Part shown: positions 9,986 to 21,754 of the stretch, piece by piece
Position numbering within the stretch: the first letter of the stretch is position 1
How the letters are laid out: every line of letters starts with the position of its first letter
Source of the DNA: an uncultured Planctomycetota bacterium
GTDB lineage: Bacteria; Planctomycetota; Phycisphaerae; Tepidisphaerales; Tepidisphaeraceae
DNA: 39,604 bases
Direction of reading: 5' to 3'
Assembly: GCA_963841915.1 (NCBI GenBank)
Contig: CAWJEN010000002.1
Coordinates: 1-39,604, forward strand
Notes under the pieces: model-generated
Seen by the model: only the letters and a program-made list of their open reading frames with translations
Told to the model about the DNA's origin: nothing
The model's database searches: none
Translations under genes and position numbers: made by a program

Positions 9986-10675
9986 ATGCCCAGCCGAACC
10001 AACTACCTGCCGACTCGGATCGCCGACCTGATCGAGTGGGCGGTCGCTTTTCTCCGCAATGCAACTCTGCTCCAGGGCGACGTCGGCCTGAGCGAGCAGG
10101 CCGTGACGGATTTGTCGACAACACTCGATCGGGCCAAGAACGCCGTCAATGCCGCGTCGGACCCACGCACCCGCACACGAATCACGATCGAACGGCAGCG
10201 TGACGATCTGGACAAGCTCAGGCAGACCCTGCGCAGCCTTGTCAGACAGGTGCAGGCCCATCCACAAACCACGGACGATCAGCGGCGGCAGCTCGACATC
10301 ACCGTGCCTGATCGCTCAAGAAGTGACCGACCTGCCCCCAGCGAGGAGCCCGTGGTTACGATCACGAAGGTGCAGCGGCACATGGTGGCGATCGCGATCC
10401 GCCGCGAGGACGGCCGGGCCGGCAAGCCGGCGGGCATCAGTGGCATGAACGTCTACTACGCCGTCAGCGAGACCATGCCGTCGCACATCGGCGGCTGGAC
10501 GCACGCCGGCCAGGCGACGCGGATGAGCCACGTCATCGCCATGCCAGAGTCGATCGCGCCCGGTGCGACGGTCTACGTCACAGCCAACTACTACAACGGC
10601 CGCGGCGAAGTCGGGCCGCTGGCGGACGCGATCAGCACGAACCTGCCGGGCGGGCAGGCGCGGTTGGCGGCGTAA
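9986..10675 (+). CDS. Conserved hypothetical protein with helical N-terminus and Fn3-like beta-rich C-terminus; paralogue of 37069-37785
   Basis: Starts MPSRTNYLPTR. Shares DP.TR, T.DQR..L.....D, W..A...(G/T)R, G.T...TA...N..G..GP, S.NLP and a terminal R(L/I)AA with the 37-kb gene. Confidence 0.8.
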   Translation: MPSRTNYLPTRIADLIEWAVAFLRNATLLQGDVGLSEQAVTDLSTTLDRAKNAVNAASDPRTRTRITIERQRDDLDKLRQTLRSLVRQVQAHPQTTDDQRRQLDITVPDRSRSDRPAPSEEPVVTITKVQRHMVAIAIRREDGRAGKPAGISGMNVYYAVSETMPSHIGGWTHAGQATRMSHVIAMPESIAPGATVYVTANYYNGRGEVGPLADAISTNLPGGQARLAA

Positions 10676-10696
10676 CGACGCCTGTTAAAGCATGAC

Positions 10697-10735
10697 ACAC
10701 AGCCCGCCCGGCCAATGCCGGGCGGGCTGTGTTTG
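10697..10735. terminator. Intrinsic (probably bidirectional) terminator
   Basis: 16-bp perfect stem ACACAGCCCGCCCGGC/GCCGGGCGGGCTGTGT between convergent genes. Confidence 0.85.
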
Positions 10736-10785
10736 CAGGCTTGCGTGGTCCAGATCCGGCTGCCCTTGCATCGTTCCGCTTTATG

Positions 10786-11790
10786 CTACTTCTGCGGCTC
10801 CACCGTTGCGAGGCTTGGCTCGAACATCTTTGCCGCCAGTAGTCGCCGCCAGGCTTCGATGAACGGGAGCTGGTTGTAGCGATCCGGGAACTTTTCTCGC
10901 AGCTTGTCGCTGACGAGCGGGTAGAACCGCGAATCCATGCCCGGGAACAGGTGGTGCTCGGTGTGATACGAGAAGTTGAAGTGCAACGCGTCGACCCATC
11001 GCGGGACGATGACCGACGTGCTCGAGCCGACCGGATCACTTTCGTCGTGAATCGGATGCAGGAAGTGGTTCGTAAAGACGTACGCCATGACGACGGCTGA
11101 GGCGACGACCCACGGGAACGGGCCGATGAGCAGGTATCGGATCGGGTCGAACCCGACGACGGCAAAAGCAGCGACCTGGATCAAGACGATCACGCCCAAC
11201 TCGAGGGCGATGGCACGGCGTTGCCTGGCGTCATATTCCGGGGCGGCGGGCAGCGTGCCCCAGTGGCCGCCGCTGAGGGCGGCGATGATGTTCCGCATCA
11301 CGTAACCTACGAATTGCAATGGCACGAGCGGGCTGAACCGCAGCCAGCCCTTCTGCGGGTGGAACGCCGCCGAGATGGCCGTGTTCCGCTTGTTGGCCTC
11401 GTCGGTCATCCACCGACGGTCCGGGTCGCCGGGCGTGTTGGTGTTGCCGTGATGGGTGATGTTGTGCACCTCGTGCCACATCGTCGGCGGTATGCCGAGC
11501 AAGCCCATGAAGCCGGTTTCGATGACCTGTTTGAGCTTGCCTCGCTTGAGGATCGAGTTGTGGCTGAGTTCGTGGGCGAGAAAGGCGAGGCACGCCAGAC
11601 TGTGCCCTGCGAGGAGGCCGAGCAACGGCCACGCCCACCATGCGAGGTAGCGTGCAGCTACCCAGCACGCGACGACAATGGCGACGTGCGCAAAAGCAGG
11701 AATGATCTTCCGGGGGCTACGACGGAACGCCTCCGCCGGCAAGAGCGGGCGAATCGCGGTGGAATAGGTGCGGTGCGGGTTACTGCTCAA
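10786..11790 (-). CDS. Membrane fatty-acid desaturase
   Basis: Three His boxes (HELSH, HNITHH, HTEHH) plus TM helices. Confidence 0.92.
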   Translation of the reverse strand: MSSNPHRTYSTAIRPLLPAEAFRRSPRKIIPAFAHVAIVVACWVAARYLAWWAWPLLGLLAGHSLACLAFLAHELSHNSILKRGKLKQVIETGFMGLLGIPPTMWHEVHNITHHGNTNTPGDPDRRWMTDEANKRNTAISAAFHPQKGWLRFSPLVPLQFVGYVMRNIIAALSGGHWGTLPAAPEYDARQRRAIALELGVIVLIQVAAFAVVGFDPIRYLLIGPFPWVVASAVVMAYVFTNHFLHPIHDESDPVGSSTSVIVPRWVDALHFNFSYHTEHHLFPGMDSRFYPLVSDKLREKFPDRYNQLPFIEAWRRLLAAKMFEPSLATVEPQK

Positions 11791-11926
11791 ATCGATATCC
11801 GTTGGTAAGTGTCGGGCCTTGCTCGTGCATTGTACTGCCGAACGGTGCTCGAAGATCGCTGCTGCTTTCAGATCGACGGTGTTGGTTTCGCAGAGCGGCG
11901 ATACAGGCCGCCGTACGATTGTTGTC

Positions 11927-13306
11927 GTGCGTCGCGTCCTGCTGAACCTCTTCCTCCCGCTTTGCGCAGCAGCGGCAGGCGGGTGTGCGGCCTACACGGA
12001 AGTCGAGGCCGAAGTCGTCGTCGTTCCCGCCTATTTTTCCAGGACCGGCGAACCGGCGATGCCGTTGAAGTGGTGGACGACGTTCAGAAGCAACGCCCTG
12101 GACGGCCACGTCGATCGGGCGCTTTCCAACAACCTGTCGCTGGCCAGTGCACGTGCACGACTCGACGAGGCCGCGACCCTTGTCCGGCGGCAGCGGTCGG
12201 AGCTGTTCCCGCAGGTCGACGGCATCGCCGAGGGGCGGCGAATCGAGACAGACGGCGACGACCAGACCGACCTGAGCCTTGGCCTGGCCGCCTCCTACGA
12301 AGTTGATCTGTGGGGCCGCATCCGTGCCGACGTTGCCGCCGAGCGATTGCAGGCGTTGGCGACGGCGAGCGATCTGCAGACCGCAGCCGTAACGCTGTCG
12401 GCACAGGTGGCCGAAACATGGTTCTCGCTCATCGTCGCACAGCAGCAGCTTGACCTGCTGGCGTCACAGCTCGAGACGAACACCACGGTGCTGACGGTGC
12501 TCGAGCGACGCTTCGCCGCCGGGCAATCGGGCAGTGCAGACGTCCTGCGCCAACGTCAGCTTGTCGAGGCGTCGCGTGGGCAGATCGTTGTCGCCGAATC
12601 GCAGGTGGCGGTGCTGGAGCATCAGCTGGCGGTGCTGGAAGGTGAAGCACCGTCGCGACAGATGTCTGTGCCCGACGACTTGCCGACCATGCCGCCTTTG
12701 CCGGCGACGGGTGTGCCGGCAGCGTTAGTGCAGCGTCGGCCGGACGTGGTTGCGGCCCGGCAGCGGCTTGCCAGTGCTGACCGCTCACTCGCCGCGGCCG
12801 TGCGGGATCAGTATCCGCGGCTGGATTTGACCGCCTCGCTCACCACCGCCGCCGAGCGTCCAGCGGATCTCTTCGAGGAGTGGATCGCCTCGATCGCCGC
12901 CGGTCTTGTCGCCCCGCTCATCGACGGCGGCCTTCGCCGGGCAGAAGTCGAACGCACCGAAGCCATCCGCCGACAGCTCTTGTACGACTACGGACAAAGC
13001 GTCCTTATCGCTCTGCAGGATGTCGAAGACGCGCTCGTGCTCGAAGCGGCGCAGATTCGCCTCATCGACAGCCTGACGGTGCAACGCGACCTTGCCGAGT
13101 CGACGTACGACCAGCTCCGCAACCAGTATCTCAACGGTGCTGCCGACTTCCTGGCGGTCTTGTCGGCGTTGCAGGCGCAGCAGCAGATCGAGCGCGATGT
13201 TTTGGAAGCTGTCCGGCAGCGGGTGATCTTTCGCATCGGCCTCTACCGTGCTTTGGCCGGAGGGTTCGAGTTGCCGCCGTACGCAGAGGAGTCGAGTCGT
13301 GAGTGA
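11927..13306 (+). CDS. RND efflux outer-membrane lipoprotein (OMF, NodT/TolC family)
   Basis: Lipobox AGGC, WWTTF, N.SL..A.AR, SYEVDLWGR, RRPDV..A, LYRALAGG. GTG start ~11927 inferred from the signal peptide. Confidence 0.92.
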   Translation: MRRVLLNLFLPLCAAAAGGCAAYTEVEAEVVVVPAYFSRTGEPAMPLKWWTTFRSNALDGHVDRALSNNLSLASARARLDEAATLVRRQRSELFPQVDGIAEGRRIETDGDDQTDLSLGLAASYEVDLWGRIRADVAAERLQALATASDLQTAAVTLSAQVAETWFSLIVAQQQLDLLASQLETNTTVLTVLERRFAAGQSGSADVLRQRQLVEASRGQIVVAESQVAVLEHQLAVLEGEAPSRQMSVPDDLPTMPPLPATGVPAALVQRRPDVVAARQRLASADRSLAAAVRDQYPRLDLTASLTTAAERPADLFEEWIASIAAGLVAPLIDGGLRRAEVERTEAIRRQLLYDYGQSVLIALQDVEDALVLEAAQIRLIDSLTVQRDLAESTYDQLRNQYLNGAADFLAVLSALQAQQQIERDVLEAVRQRVIFRIGLYRALAGGFELPPYAEESSRE

Positions 13307-14510
13307 AGACGTTGTCGAATCTGCTGGTGAGGAAGCCCCTGGCACGTGGCTGCGCGTGGCGATCACCGTCGTCGCCTGCCTCGTCCTTGTCGCCGCGGCA
13401 GGCGGTGCGACGTACTGGATCTACACCAACGAACCTGAAGCTCAACGCGAGACGCAAACCCGCCGCTCCGCCGCCCCGGTCGAGACCTTGACCGTCACGC
13501 GCGGCGACTATCAGCCGCGACTCCGCGTACTCGGCACCGTCGAGCCGGCACGTGACATCATGCTGAGTCCGCGTGTCGGCGGACAAATCGTCGACGTCTC
13601 GCCCGACTTCGAGCCCGGCGGCATCATTATGGCCGGAAACCCAATCGTGCGGCTCGACCCGGCCGACTACGAGCAGGCGCTTCGTGCCAGGCTAAGCGAG
13701 CTGGACCAAGCCGAGGCGGAGTTGGCCATCGAAGAAGGCATGCAGGCTGTCGCACGACAGGAGTTCGAGCTGCTCGGCGGTGACATCGCACCCGGTGACG
13801 CGTCGCTGGCCCTTCGCGAGCCACAGATTCGCTCCATCCGCGCCAGCGTCGACGCCGCCCAAGCTGCCGTGGCACAGGCACAGCTGGCCCTCGACCGGGT
13901 CAACGTCGTCGCACCGTTCGACGCCAAAGTTCTCGACCGTGAGGCTAATCTCGGCTCACAAGTCGCACCTGGCCAAGCCATCGGTCGCATCGTCGGCATC
14001 GACCACTACTGGATCACCGCCGGCGTGCCGTTAAGCGATCTGCAGTCAATCGACTTTGCCGCCGAGACCGGCGACGACGGCTCTCCCGTGCAGGTTCGTC
14101 AAACTACGGCATGGCTCGAAGGCGTTTACCGCGAAGGGCGTGTCAGTCGGCTCGTCGGTCGCGTCGACGAGATGTCGCGACTCGCCCGTGTGCTCGTTCG
14201 CGTGCCTGACCCGCTGGCCCGCGACACCGACGGCCCACAACTTGTTCTCGGCACGATTGTCGAACTAAGCATCGCCTCCCGGCCGCTGACGAACGTCGTC
14301 CGCCTCGACCGTCAGTACCTTCGCCAGAACGACACTGTCTGGGTGCTAGCAGATGGCAAGCTCGACGTCCGCCCCGTGACCGTTTCCTTTGAAGAGCAAG
14401 ACGCCGTCTTCATCAGCAAAGGTCTTGAGGACGGCGACGAGGTCATCACCACGTCCCTCGCCACCGTCGCCGCCGGCGTCGAGCTTCGCCGGATCGAGGA
14501 GACGCCATGA
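13299..14510 (+). CDS. RND efflux periplasmic adaptor (MFP)
   Basis: N-terminal TM, lipoyl-like motifs SPRVGGQIV and APFDAKV, central coiled coil. Start overlaps the OMF end. Confidence 0.92.
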   Translation: MSEDVVESAGEEAPGTWLRVAITVVACLVLVAAAGGATYWIYTNEPEAQRETQTRRSAAPVETLTVTRGDYQPRLRVLGTVEPARDIMLSPRVGGQIVDVSPDFEPGGIIMAGNPIVRLDPADYEQALRARLSELDQAEAELAIEEGMQAVARQEFELLGGDIAPGDASLALREPQIRSIRASVDAAQAAVAQAQLALDRVNVVAPFDAKVLDREANLGSQVAPGQAIGRIVGIDHYWITAGVPLSDLQSIDFAAETGDDGSPVQVRQTTAWLEGVYREGRVSRLVGRVDEMSRLARVLVRVPDPLARDTDGPQLVLGTIVELSIASRPLTNVVRLDRQYLRQNDTVWVLADGKLDVRPVTVSFEEQDAVFISKGLEDGDEVITTSLATVAAGVELRRIEETP

Positions 14511-17500
14511 GCGACAACAACGCCTTCGGCGACGCGGCCGGCAGCGACACCCGTGTCGGGCCAATCGCCTGGATGGCCCGCAATCCCATTGCGGCCAACC
14601 TGCTCATGGTCATCTTGCTCCTGGGCGGCTTCTGGGCGGCCGTCGGTGTGCAGAAAGAGGTCTTCCCGTCAGCCGAACTCGATGTCGTCGAAGTCCGCGT
14701 CGGCTACCCAGGTGCCGCCCCGACCGAGGTCGAGCAAGGCATTTTACGCCCTGTCGAAGAAGCCATTCGCGGCGTCGATGGCGTGCGCGACGTCATCTCC
14801 AATGCACGCGAAGGCTCGGGCAGTGTCGATGTCGAACTTGTCAGCGGCGTCGACCGCATCAAGGGGTTTCAGGACATCGACGCCGCCGTCAGTCGCATCC
14901 GCACGTTCCCCGACGACATCGAGCAGCCCGAGGTCCGCCTTCGAGCCCGGCAGCAAGAGGTCATGTCAATCGTGCTTTACGGCCCGGTCGACACGTGGAC
15001 GCTCCGCGGCCTGGCAGAGCGGCTGCGCGACGAACTCGTCGCCAGCGAATCGATCAGCCAGGTCGAACTCGGCCGCGTCTCCGACTACGTCACGCACGTC
15101 GAAATCCCACGCGACCGCCTGCGCGAGTACGGCCTGACGCTCGGCGACGTCGCCCGCAAGATTGAGGTCGCCAGCAACGATGTTGCCGCCGGCGCAGTCG
15201 AGACGAACAGCGGCGAAATTCTCCTGCGGGTCAAAGCACGCAAGCAGTTCGCCGAGCAGTTCGAAGACGTCGAGATCGTCGCCGAACCTGGCGGCGCGGT
15301 CGTCACACTCGGCGACATCGGCACCGTCCGCGACGGCTTTGCCGAAGAAGACTTTCCGTCGCAATTCAACCAAACGCCGTCGGTCGAGCTGGAGGTTTAT
15401 CGCGTCGGCGAGCAGTCGCCGCTGGACGTGGCCGAGGCGGTCGAGGCGACGCTGGCGAACTTCGAGCAGATCCTGCCGCCGGGCGTGGCGTGGCGGACGG
15501 ACTCCAACGCCGCCGAAGACTTCAGCCGTCGGCTGACGCTCGTCACGTCCAACGGCCTGATGGCCGTTGTGATTGTGCTGCTGATTTTGTCACTGTTTCT
15601 GGAGTTTCGCCTGGCGTTCTGGGTGATGCTCGGCATGGCCGTCAGCTTCATCGGCGGCTTGCTGTTCCTGCCGGTAGCGGGCGTGAGCATCAACATGATC
15701 AGCCTGTTCGGCTTTCTGATCGTCCTCGGCATCGTCGTCGATGACGCCGTGGTTGTCGGCGAGAACGTCTACGAACGCCGCCAATCCGGTGAGTCGGCCA
15801 TGACCGCCGCCATTCGCGGCACGCGAGAGATCAGCGGGCCGGTCGTCTTCAGCATCCTGACGAACATCGTCGCCTTCGTGCCATTGATGTTCATTCCCGG
15901 CGAAACGGGTCAGTTCTGGAAGCCGCTGCCGATTATCGTCATCATCATTCTGCTCGTCTCACTGCTCGAAGCGCTCTTTATTCTGCCGGCCCACCTGGCC
16001 CACCTCAAGCAGGCCCGGCCCGCGACGCGTCGTGGCATCCGCGGCCGACTGCACGCGGCACAGCAAGGCTTTTCCAAGCTCTTTTCGCGCGGCGTCGAGA
16101 CGCTCTACCGCCCGGTGCTCGCACTGGCCCTGCGGTTCCGCTACATCACCGCGACGGCTGCCTTGTCCCTGCTCTTTGTTGTCGGTGGATATGCGACCAG
16201 CGCTCACATGGGCATGATCCTCATGCCTGAGGTCAGTGCCGACGAAATTGAAGCCGGCGTGCGGCTTCCCGGCGGCACGACACCCGAGCAGGCTGCAAAA
16301 GTCGCCGCCGACGTCACCGCCGCCAGCCTTCGGATGTTCGAAGAGCACGACCTTGATCGCGTCGCCGAAGGCATCAAGACCAACGTCCGCGGCGGTGGCA
16401 GCTTCGTCGACGTCGAGATCGTCATGCGTCCGCCCGATGAGCGTGACATGACCGCCTCGCAAGTCATCGACCTGTGGCGCGACTCCATCGGCGACTTGCC
16501 TGGCGTCGACCAGATCACCTTCGAAGCCGAACGCGGCCCCGGCGGGTGGCGACGCGACATCGCCATCGCCCTGTCCCACAGCGACACCGCCACGCTCGAG
16601 CGCGCCGCCAAAGCACTCGTCGCCCGCTGTGAGGAGTTCGCCAACGTCGTCGATGTCAACGATTCCAACGATCGCGGCAAAACACAGTTCGACTTCCGCC
16701 TCCTGCCCGAAGGCCAGGCACTGGGCCTCACGCCCGCCGACGTCGGCCAGCAGGTGCGCGGCTCGTTCGTCGGCTCGCTCGCCTTGCGCCTACTTCGCGG
16801 CACGAACGAGATCGAGGTCCGCGTCCGCCTGCCGGAAAGCGAGCGCGAAGACCTCTTTGCCCTGCGCGACCTGATGCTCCGCACGCCCGACGGTGTCGAG
16901 GTGCCGCTCTATGACGTCGTCGAAGTTACCGAGGGACAGGCTTACAGCAGCATCTCCCGCCGCAACGGCCGCCGCGTCGTCAACGTCTCGATGAACGTCG
17001 AGCCCAAACGAGCCGTCGGCCAGGTGCTCGACGCCATACAGGCGGACGTGCTCCCGAGCCTGCGCAACGACTTCCCAGGCCTGACGTGGACCTTCGTCGG
17101 CAGCAACGCCGAAATGCGTAATGCCACCGGCACGCTCTACAACGGCTTTGCGCTGGCGATGCTCATCATCTACGCCCTGCTCGCCGTCGCATTCCGTAGC
17201 TACTTGCAGCCACTGATCGTCCTCGTCGCGATCCCATTCGGCGTCGTCGGCGCGGTACTCGGCCACATGCTGCTCGGCTACGACCTGTCGCTCATCAGCC
17301 TCATGGGCGTCATCGCACTGTCGGGCGTCGTCGTCAACAACGCGCTGATCATGATCGACTACGCCAACGGCCAACGGGCGACGATGCCCGCTTTTGACGC
17401 GATGCTTAAGGCCGGCGTCCGTCGCTTCCGCCCGATCTTCCTGACGACTGCCACCACCTTCTGCGGCTTAACGCCGATCATCTTCGAGGACTCGCTGCAG

Positions 17501-17665
17501 GCTCAGTACATCGTGCCCATGGCCATCAGCCTGGGCTTTGGCATCGTCTTCGCCACCGCGATCATCCTGCTTCTGGTGCCGTGCCTGTACCTGATGCTCG
17601 AAGATCTCTTCGGCTTGAAGCGTCGCCTCCTGGGCGTAGCCACAGCACACAGCAGGCTCAGGTGA
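14507..17665 (+). CDS. RND efflux permease (AcrB/AcrD/AcrF family)
   Basis: [34 protein letters not shown] motifs. ATGA overlap with the MFP stop. Confidence 0.95.
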   Translation: MSDNNAFGDAAGSDTRVGPIAWMARNPIAANLLMVILLLGGFWAAVGVQKEVFPSAELDVVEVRVGYPGAAPTEVEQGILRPVEEAIRGVDGVRDVISNAREGSGSVDVELVSGVDRIKGFQDIDAAVSRIRTFPDDIEQPEVRLRARQQEVMSIVLYGPVDTWTLRGLAERLRDELVASESISQVELGRVSDYVTHVEIPRDRLREYGLTLGDVARKIEVASNDVAAGAVETNSGEILLRVKARKQFAEQFEDVEIVAEPGGAVVTLGDIGTVRDGFAEEDFPSQFNQTPSVELEVYRVGEQSPLDVAEAVEATLANFEQILPPGVAWRTDSNAAEDFSRRLTLVTSNGLMAVVIVLLILSLFLEFRLAFWVMLGMAVSFIGGLLFLPVAGVSINMISLFGFLIVLGIVVDDAVVVGENVYERRQSGESAMTAAIRGTREISGPVVFSILTNIVAFVPLMFIPGETGQFWKPLPIIVIIILLVSLLEALFILPAHLAHLKQARPATRRGIRGRLHAAQQGFSKLFSRGVETLYRPVLALALRFRYITATAALSLLFVVGGYATSAHMGMILMPEVSADEIEAGVRLPGGTTPEQAAKVAADVTAASLRMFEEHDLDRVAEGIKTNVRGGGSFVDVEIVMRPPDERDMTASQVIDLWRDSIGDLPGVDQITFEAERGPGGWRRDIAIALSHSDTATLERAAKALVARCEEFANVVDVNDSNDRGKTQFDFRLLPEGQALGLTPADVGQQVRGSFVGSLALRLLRGTNEIEVRVRLPESEREDLFALRDLMLRTPDGVEVPLYDVVEVTEGQAYSSISRRNGRRVVNVSMNVEPKRAVGQVLDAIQADVLPSLRNDFPGLTWTFVGSNAEMRNATGTLYNGFALAMLIIYALLAVAFRSYLQPLIVLVAIPFGVVGAVLGHMLLGYDLSLISLMGVIALSGVVVNNALIMIDYANGQRATMPAFDAMLKAGVRRFRPIFLTTATTFCGLTPIIFEDSLQAQYIVPMAISLGFGIVFATAIILLLVPCLYLMLEDLFGLKRRLLGVATAHSRLR

Positions 17666-17743
17666 AGGTCTGACTCTCAGCGGGCGTTGATACTCTCCCG
17701 CGATGCGGAAGCCGTCGGTGCCGATCTGGCGGATGATGATGAC

Positions 17744-20700
17744 TCAGCGACGCCGACGCAGCAATGCACCGCCTGCGAGAAGGAGTGACATCGACGCCGG
17801 CTCCGGAACGGTGGCGGCCCAGGCATCCATCATCGCCAGCTCACCGGCCGATGCGGTGTTGACGCCGCCGCCGAGCGTGCTGCCGAAGTTCGCACGGAGT
17901 ATGGCAAAGTCGAGGATTGAGATCACGCCGTCACCATTGAAGTCGGCACCGCTGCGACCGGAGTCACCGAAGTCGCCGCGAAGGATTGCGAAGTCAAGAA
18001 TGCTGACCGTCCCATCGAAGTTGGCGTCGCCGTCGAGCAGTCGGGTCGGAAGGAGCGAGGTGACCGTGTCGCCGTAGACGACGTCATAGCCGAGCCCGAC
18101 GAGCGAGCCGTCGATGACGATGTCTGCAAACGTGCCCGTGGACGAGGCATGAGTTGCGATGTCGAACAGGTCGCCGGGCAGCGGCTGGAAGTTATCGATG
18201 GCAACGACGTTCAGGGAGCCGTCGAGGAGCAAATCGCCCAAGATCTCCAGACGATCGAATGCACCGAACGCGAGGCCACCGAGTTCGATTTCGAGGATGT
18301 TCGTTTCGGCGAAGACGACGTCGCCTTCGAACCTGATGATGCCGGGGCTGTTGCCGGGCGCGTACCCGCCAGCGAAGATGGCGGCGCCGGGTCCGAACAG
18401 GAAGCCGGGGCCGCTGACGAGATCGTTGAACCGCGTAGAGCCGATGTAGGTCGAATCTCCAATCAATTCGACAGGTCCGGAAACCTGCCTGGTGCCGTTT
18501 GGTGAGATAAAGACAATGTCGCTGAACGCCTCAACGACCGTCCGACCGGCGCTGTAACCGCCGATGATCGTCAGTTCGGCACCCGGCTGAACAATGACGA
18601 CGTTGGTGACCTCCAGAGTTTGATCCTGCGTGAAGGTCGCGGTCGGGCCGAACAGGCCGTTCGTGCCGATGACAAGGTCGCTATCGGTCAGAGCGAACGT
18701 GCCGCGGTCGAAGTCGACGTTGCCGAGACTCGTCGCGTTGATCGTTCCGACTTCGAACCGCCCGCCGTCGACTCGAAAGTAAGTTGAAACCGTGGCGAGT
18801 CCGTCGATGTCGAGCGTCTGGCCGTCGGTGAGCGTGCGTTCGTTGCCGACGACGAGATCGAGAGTGGCGGGCGTCAGCGTCTGCCCGGCGGGGTTGGCGA
18901 AGCGGACGGTGCCGGCGTTGAAGTTGAAGGTGCCGCCGGCGAGGGTGAGGTCGCCGAGCTCGATCGTCCCGCCGTTGACGTTGATGGTGCCGTTCTGGCG
19001 AAGGCTGAGCAGGCCACCGGTGTCGACGGTGCCGTTGTCTTCGATGTTGAGGATGCCGAAGCCACTAGCAGTGCCGGGGCCGATGAAGAGCGCGCTGTCG
19101 ATATCCCATCGCGCCGGCAGGCCGGGCCCGCCGATGGTGGCCTCGCCGCGGTCGTTGTTGAAGCGTCCGACGAAGCCGAGGTTGCCGGTCTCGACGCGTC
19201 CGCCGTCGCGGACGAAGAGGTCGCCCTGACCGTTGACCGAGCCTGTGGCGGCGACGGAGAAGTCACCGCCGGTCTGGAAGAGTGAGCCGGCGTCTTCGAC
19301 CGTCAGGCTGCCGTTGCCGGAGTTCTCTGCACCGATTTCGGCGAAAACGTCGAGCAGGATCTGCCCGCCGTTGCGAACCGTGACGTCGGCAACCGTGCCG
19401 GGGTCGACGGCGACGTTCATCTCCTTACCTTGCACGATGCCGCCGTCGACCATGAGCGTTGCGTGACTGTTGACTTGCTCTGCGATGCTGATGCGTTGGG
19501 TGGTCGTCAGAAGCCCGCCATCCGAGACGGTGACCGTCGTCGGTGCGGCACTGCTCCCGCCGAAGTGGCCGAGGATCATCCGGCCCATTCCTTGATAGTC
19601 GAGCGTGCTGCCGGAACCGGTGACGGTGAGGCTCGATCCATTGCTGGTACTTTCGTCTGCGACGACGAAGCTGCTGCCGCCGCCGACGTTGGTGACGACG
19701 GCGCCGTCGGAGACTGTCAGGCTGCCGACGCCGGTATCGCCGACGAGGAAGGTGCCGTTGATATCGGCCGTGGTGTCGGTGCCGGCGACGGTCATCGTGC
19801 CGCTGCTGCCGCCTTGGTCGCCCAGGAAGATGCCATTGGAGGTGAAGTCGGAGCCGTTGGTCACATTGACCGTGCCGGTGCCACCGAAGCCGACGAGCGT
19901 GAGATCAGCGGTCGTGCTGAACGTGGCGTCGTCGACGTTGATCGTGCCGATGGCGTTGGCTCCGTAGCCGAGAACAGCACGTCCGGCGGTGCTCAAGCTG
20001 GCACCCGAGTTGACGTTGATCGTGCCGGTGCCGGCCGTGTCGTTGCTCGATCCGCCGATCCAGACCTCCGCCGTTCCGGTGGTCGCAAAATTTGCGCCCG
20101 TCGTGACGTCCAGCGTCGCCTCACTGCCGGGGTCGTCGCCGAGCGTGACGGCGACGCCCGTCGGCTGATCGAAGGTGGCACTTGCGCCGTTGCTCACCGT
20201 CATGAACGCGACGCTGCCGGCGCCGCCGTTGTTGTTGCCGGCGAAGAGTTCGGTGCCAGTTAGCGTCGTGCCTGCGCCGTCGATGAGGACGGTGCCCGCG
20301 CCGCCTTCAAGCAGGCTGATCTGCAGGTCTTCCAATTCGACGGTGCTTCCGTTGAGAATCTGGAGGTTTCCCTGGCTTTCGACGCCGACCGCGATGTTGT
20401 TCGCGTTTAGGGTGGCCCCGTCGAGGACGTCGAGCTCGCCCTTGGCCCCTTGGCCGACGAAGATGTTGGCAGAGCTTGCCGTGGCGGACGCGCCGGCGAC
20501 GACCATGCGGTTGTCGAACGTGTTGGCGACGTTTCGGCCGATGGTGATGTCGCCGTCGACGACGAGCCGACCGGTGCCGACGCTGTTGCCGGCGAGGTCT
20601 TGGCCGATCCGGAGGGTGCCGCGCCCGACGTCGCCGACGAAGAGGTTGTCGTCGACGATGAGGGACGAGGCGTCCGCCCCGCTGCCGAAGACCGCGACGC

Positions 20701-21754
20701 TGCCGTCGCCGGTGGTGCCGACGCCGATGACGACGTCGCCGTTGAGTGTGCCAGAATTGACCGCGCGAACAAGGCCGCCCGCCTCGACCGAAAGCGTGCC
20801 GGTGCCGCTCGAACCGACGTCGAGTCGACGCAAACGCCACTGCGAACCGTTGCCGTTAACGACGGCGGTGCCGGTGGATCCGGCCTGGACGGCGATGATG
20901 CCGTCCGGCGAGCTGCCGATGTCGGCGTTGAGCGAGCCGCCGTTGGTGATGTTGAGGACACCGGCGCCTCCGAACCCGACGAAGTGGTCCTCAGCCCGGA
21001 CAATCGAGCCGACGCCGTCGACGCTGAGCGTGCCCGAACTGCCGGCGTTGACGCCGAGCTCGATGTCGGGGACGCCGATCGCGTTGTTGATCGTCGGATT
21101 CACCTGGGCGAACCCGCCGTTGGTGACGTTGAGCGTGCCGGTGCCCTCGCGGCCGATGAAGATGCCTTCGCCGTTGGACTGCCCGTCGGCGAAGAGCAGG
21201 CTGCCGACGCCGTCGACGTCGATGACGCCTTCTGAGCCGACCGCTTCGCCGATGACGACGTTGAGCCCGCGGAACGTCGAGCCTCCCGTGAGCGACAGCG
21301 TGCCGCGGCCCTGGTTGCCGACGGTCATCGAGCCGACGCTGTCCCACGCGACGCCGCTCGTCAGCGACAGATTCGCCCCGCTCGTGAGATTCAGCGCCGT
21401 CGCGTCGTCGATGAGCACGACGCCCTCGGTGTCGAGAACCGACCCGCCGATGCCGGTGAAGTCCCAGTTTCCGCCGAGAAGGCTGACGTTGTTGGCGTTG
21501 CTGGGCGCGCCGATGATGACGGTCGCCAGCGTGCCGGTTGCCGCGTCGAAGAAGACGTTGTCGGCGTCGGTGGGCGTTTGATTCGGATCCCAGTTGCCCG
21601 CCGTGTTCCACGGCAGGAACGCCCCGCCCGTCCCGCCGTCCCACGTCAGGTCCTGCGCAACCGTGGGCGAAATGGCCACAAGCGGCACCGCCACCGCGAC
21701 GGCGGCGGCAAGGAGATGACGGGTTCGAACATCGATCGGCGGCAGGTGATGCAT
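17744..21754 (-). CDS. Large secreted beta-repeat (T5SS/PEP-CTERM-associated repeat) protein with dockerin-like and PEP-CTERM C-terminus
   Basis: Signal peptide, many G.GTL.V..G repeats, APGNSPG, duplicated D(A/F)N.DG..SILDFAILR..FG, terminal VPEPASMSLLLAGGALLRRRR. Confidence 0.92.
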   Translation of the reverse strand: MHHLPPIDVRTRHLLAAAVAVAVPLVAISPTVAQDLTWDGGTGGAFLPWNTAGNWDPNQTPTDADNVFFDAATGTLATVIIGAPSNANNVSLLGGNWDFTGIGGSVLDTEGVVLIDDATALNLTSGANLSLTSGVAWDSVGSMTVGNQGRGTLSLTGGSTFRGLNVVIGEAVGSEGVIDVDGVGSLLFADGQSNGEGIFIGREGTGTLNVTNGGFAQVNPTINNAIGVPDIELGVNAGSSGTLSVDGVGSIVRAEDHFVGFGGAGVLNITNGGSLNADIGSSPDGIIAVQAGSTGTAVVNGNGSQWRLRRLDVGSSGTGTLSVEAGGLVRAVNSGTLNGDVVIGVGTTGDGSVAVFGSGADASSLIVDDNLFVGDVGRGTLRIGQDLAGNSVGTGRLVVDGDITIGRNVANTFDNRMVVAGASATASSANIFVGQGAKGELDVLDGATLNANNIAVGVESQGNLQILNGSTVELEDLQISLLEGGAGTVLIDGAGTTLTGTELFAGNNNGGAGSVAFMTVSNGASATFDQPTGVAVTLGDDPGSEATLDVTTGANFATTGTAEVWIGGSSNDTAGTGTINVNSGASLSTAGRAVLGYGANAIGTINVDDATFSTTADLTLVGFGGTGTVNVTNGSDFTSNGIFLGDQGGSSGTMTVAGTDTTADINGTFLVGDTGVGSLTVSDGAVVTNVGGGSSFVVADESTSNGSSLTVTGSGSTLDYQGMGRMILGHFGGSSAAPTTVTVSDGGLLTTTQRISIAEQVNSHATLMVDGGIVQGKEMNVAVDPGTVADVTVRNGGQILLDVFAEIGAENSGNGSLTVEDAGSLFQTGGDFSVAATGSVNGQGDLFVRDGGRVETGNLGFVGRFNNDRGEATIGGPGLPARWDIDSALFIGPGTASGFGILNIEDNGTVDTGGLLSLRQNGTINVNGGTIELGDLTLAGGTFNFNAGTVRFANPAGQTLTPATLDLVVGNERTLTDGQTLDIDGLATVSTYFRVDGGRFEVGTINATSLGNVDFDRGTFALTDSDLVIGTNGLFGPTATFTQDQTLEVTNVVIVQPGAELTIIGGYSAGRTVVEAFSDIVFISPNGTRQVSGPVELIGDSTYIGSTRFNDLVSGPGFLFGPGAAIFAGGYAPGNSPGIIRFEGDVVFAETNILEIELGGLAFGAFDRLEILGDLLLDGSLNVVAIDNFQPLPGDLFDIATHASSTGTFADIVIDGSLVGLGYDVVYGDTVTSLLPTRLLDGDANFDGTVSILDFAILRGDFGDSGRSGADFNGDGVISILDFAILRANFGSTLGGGVNTASAGELAMMDAWAATVPEPASMSLLLAGGALLRRRR

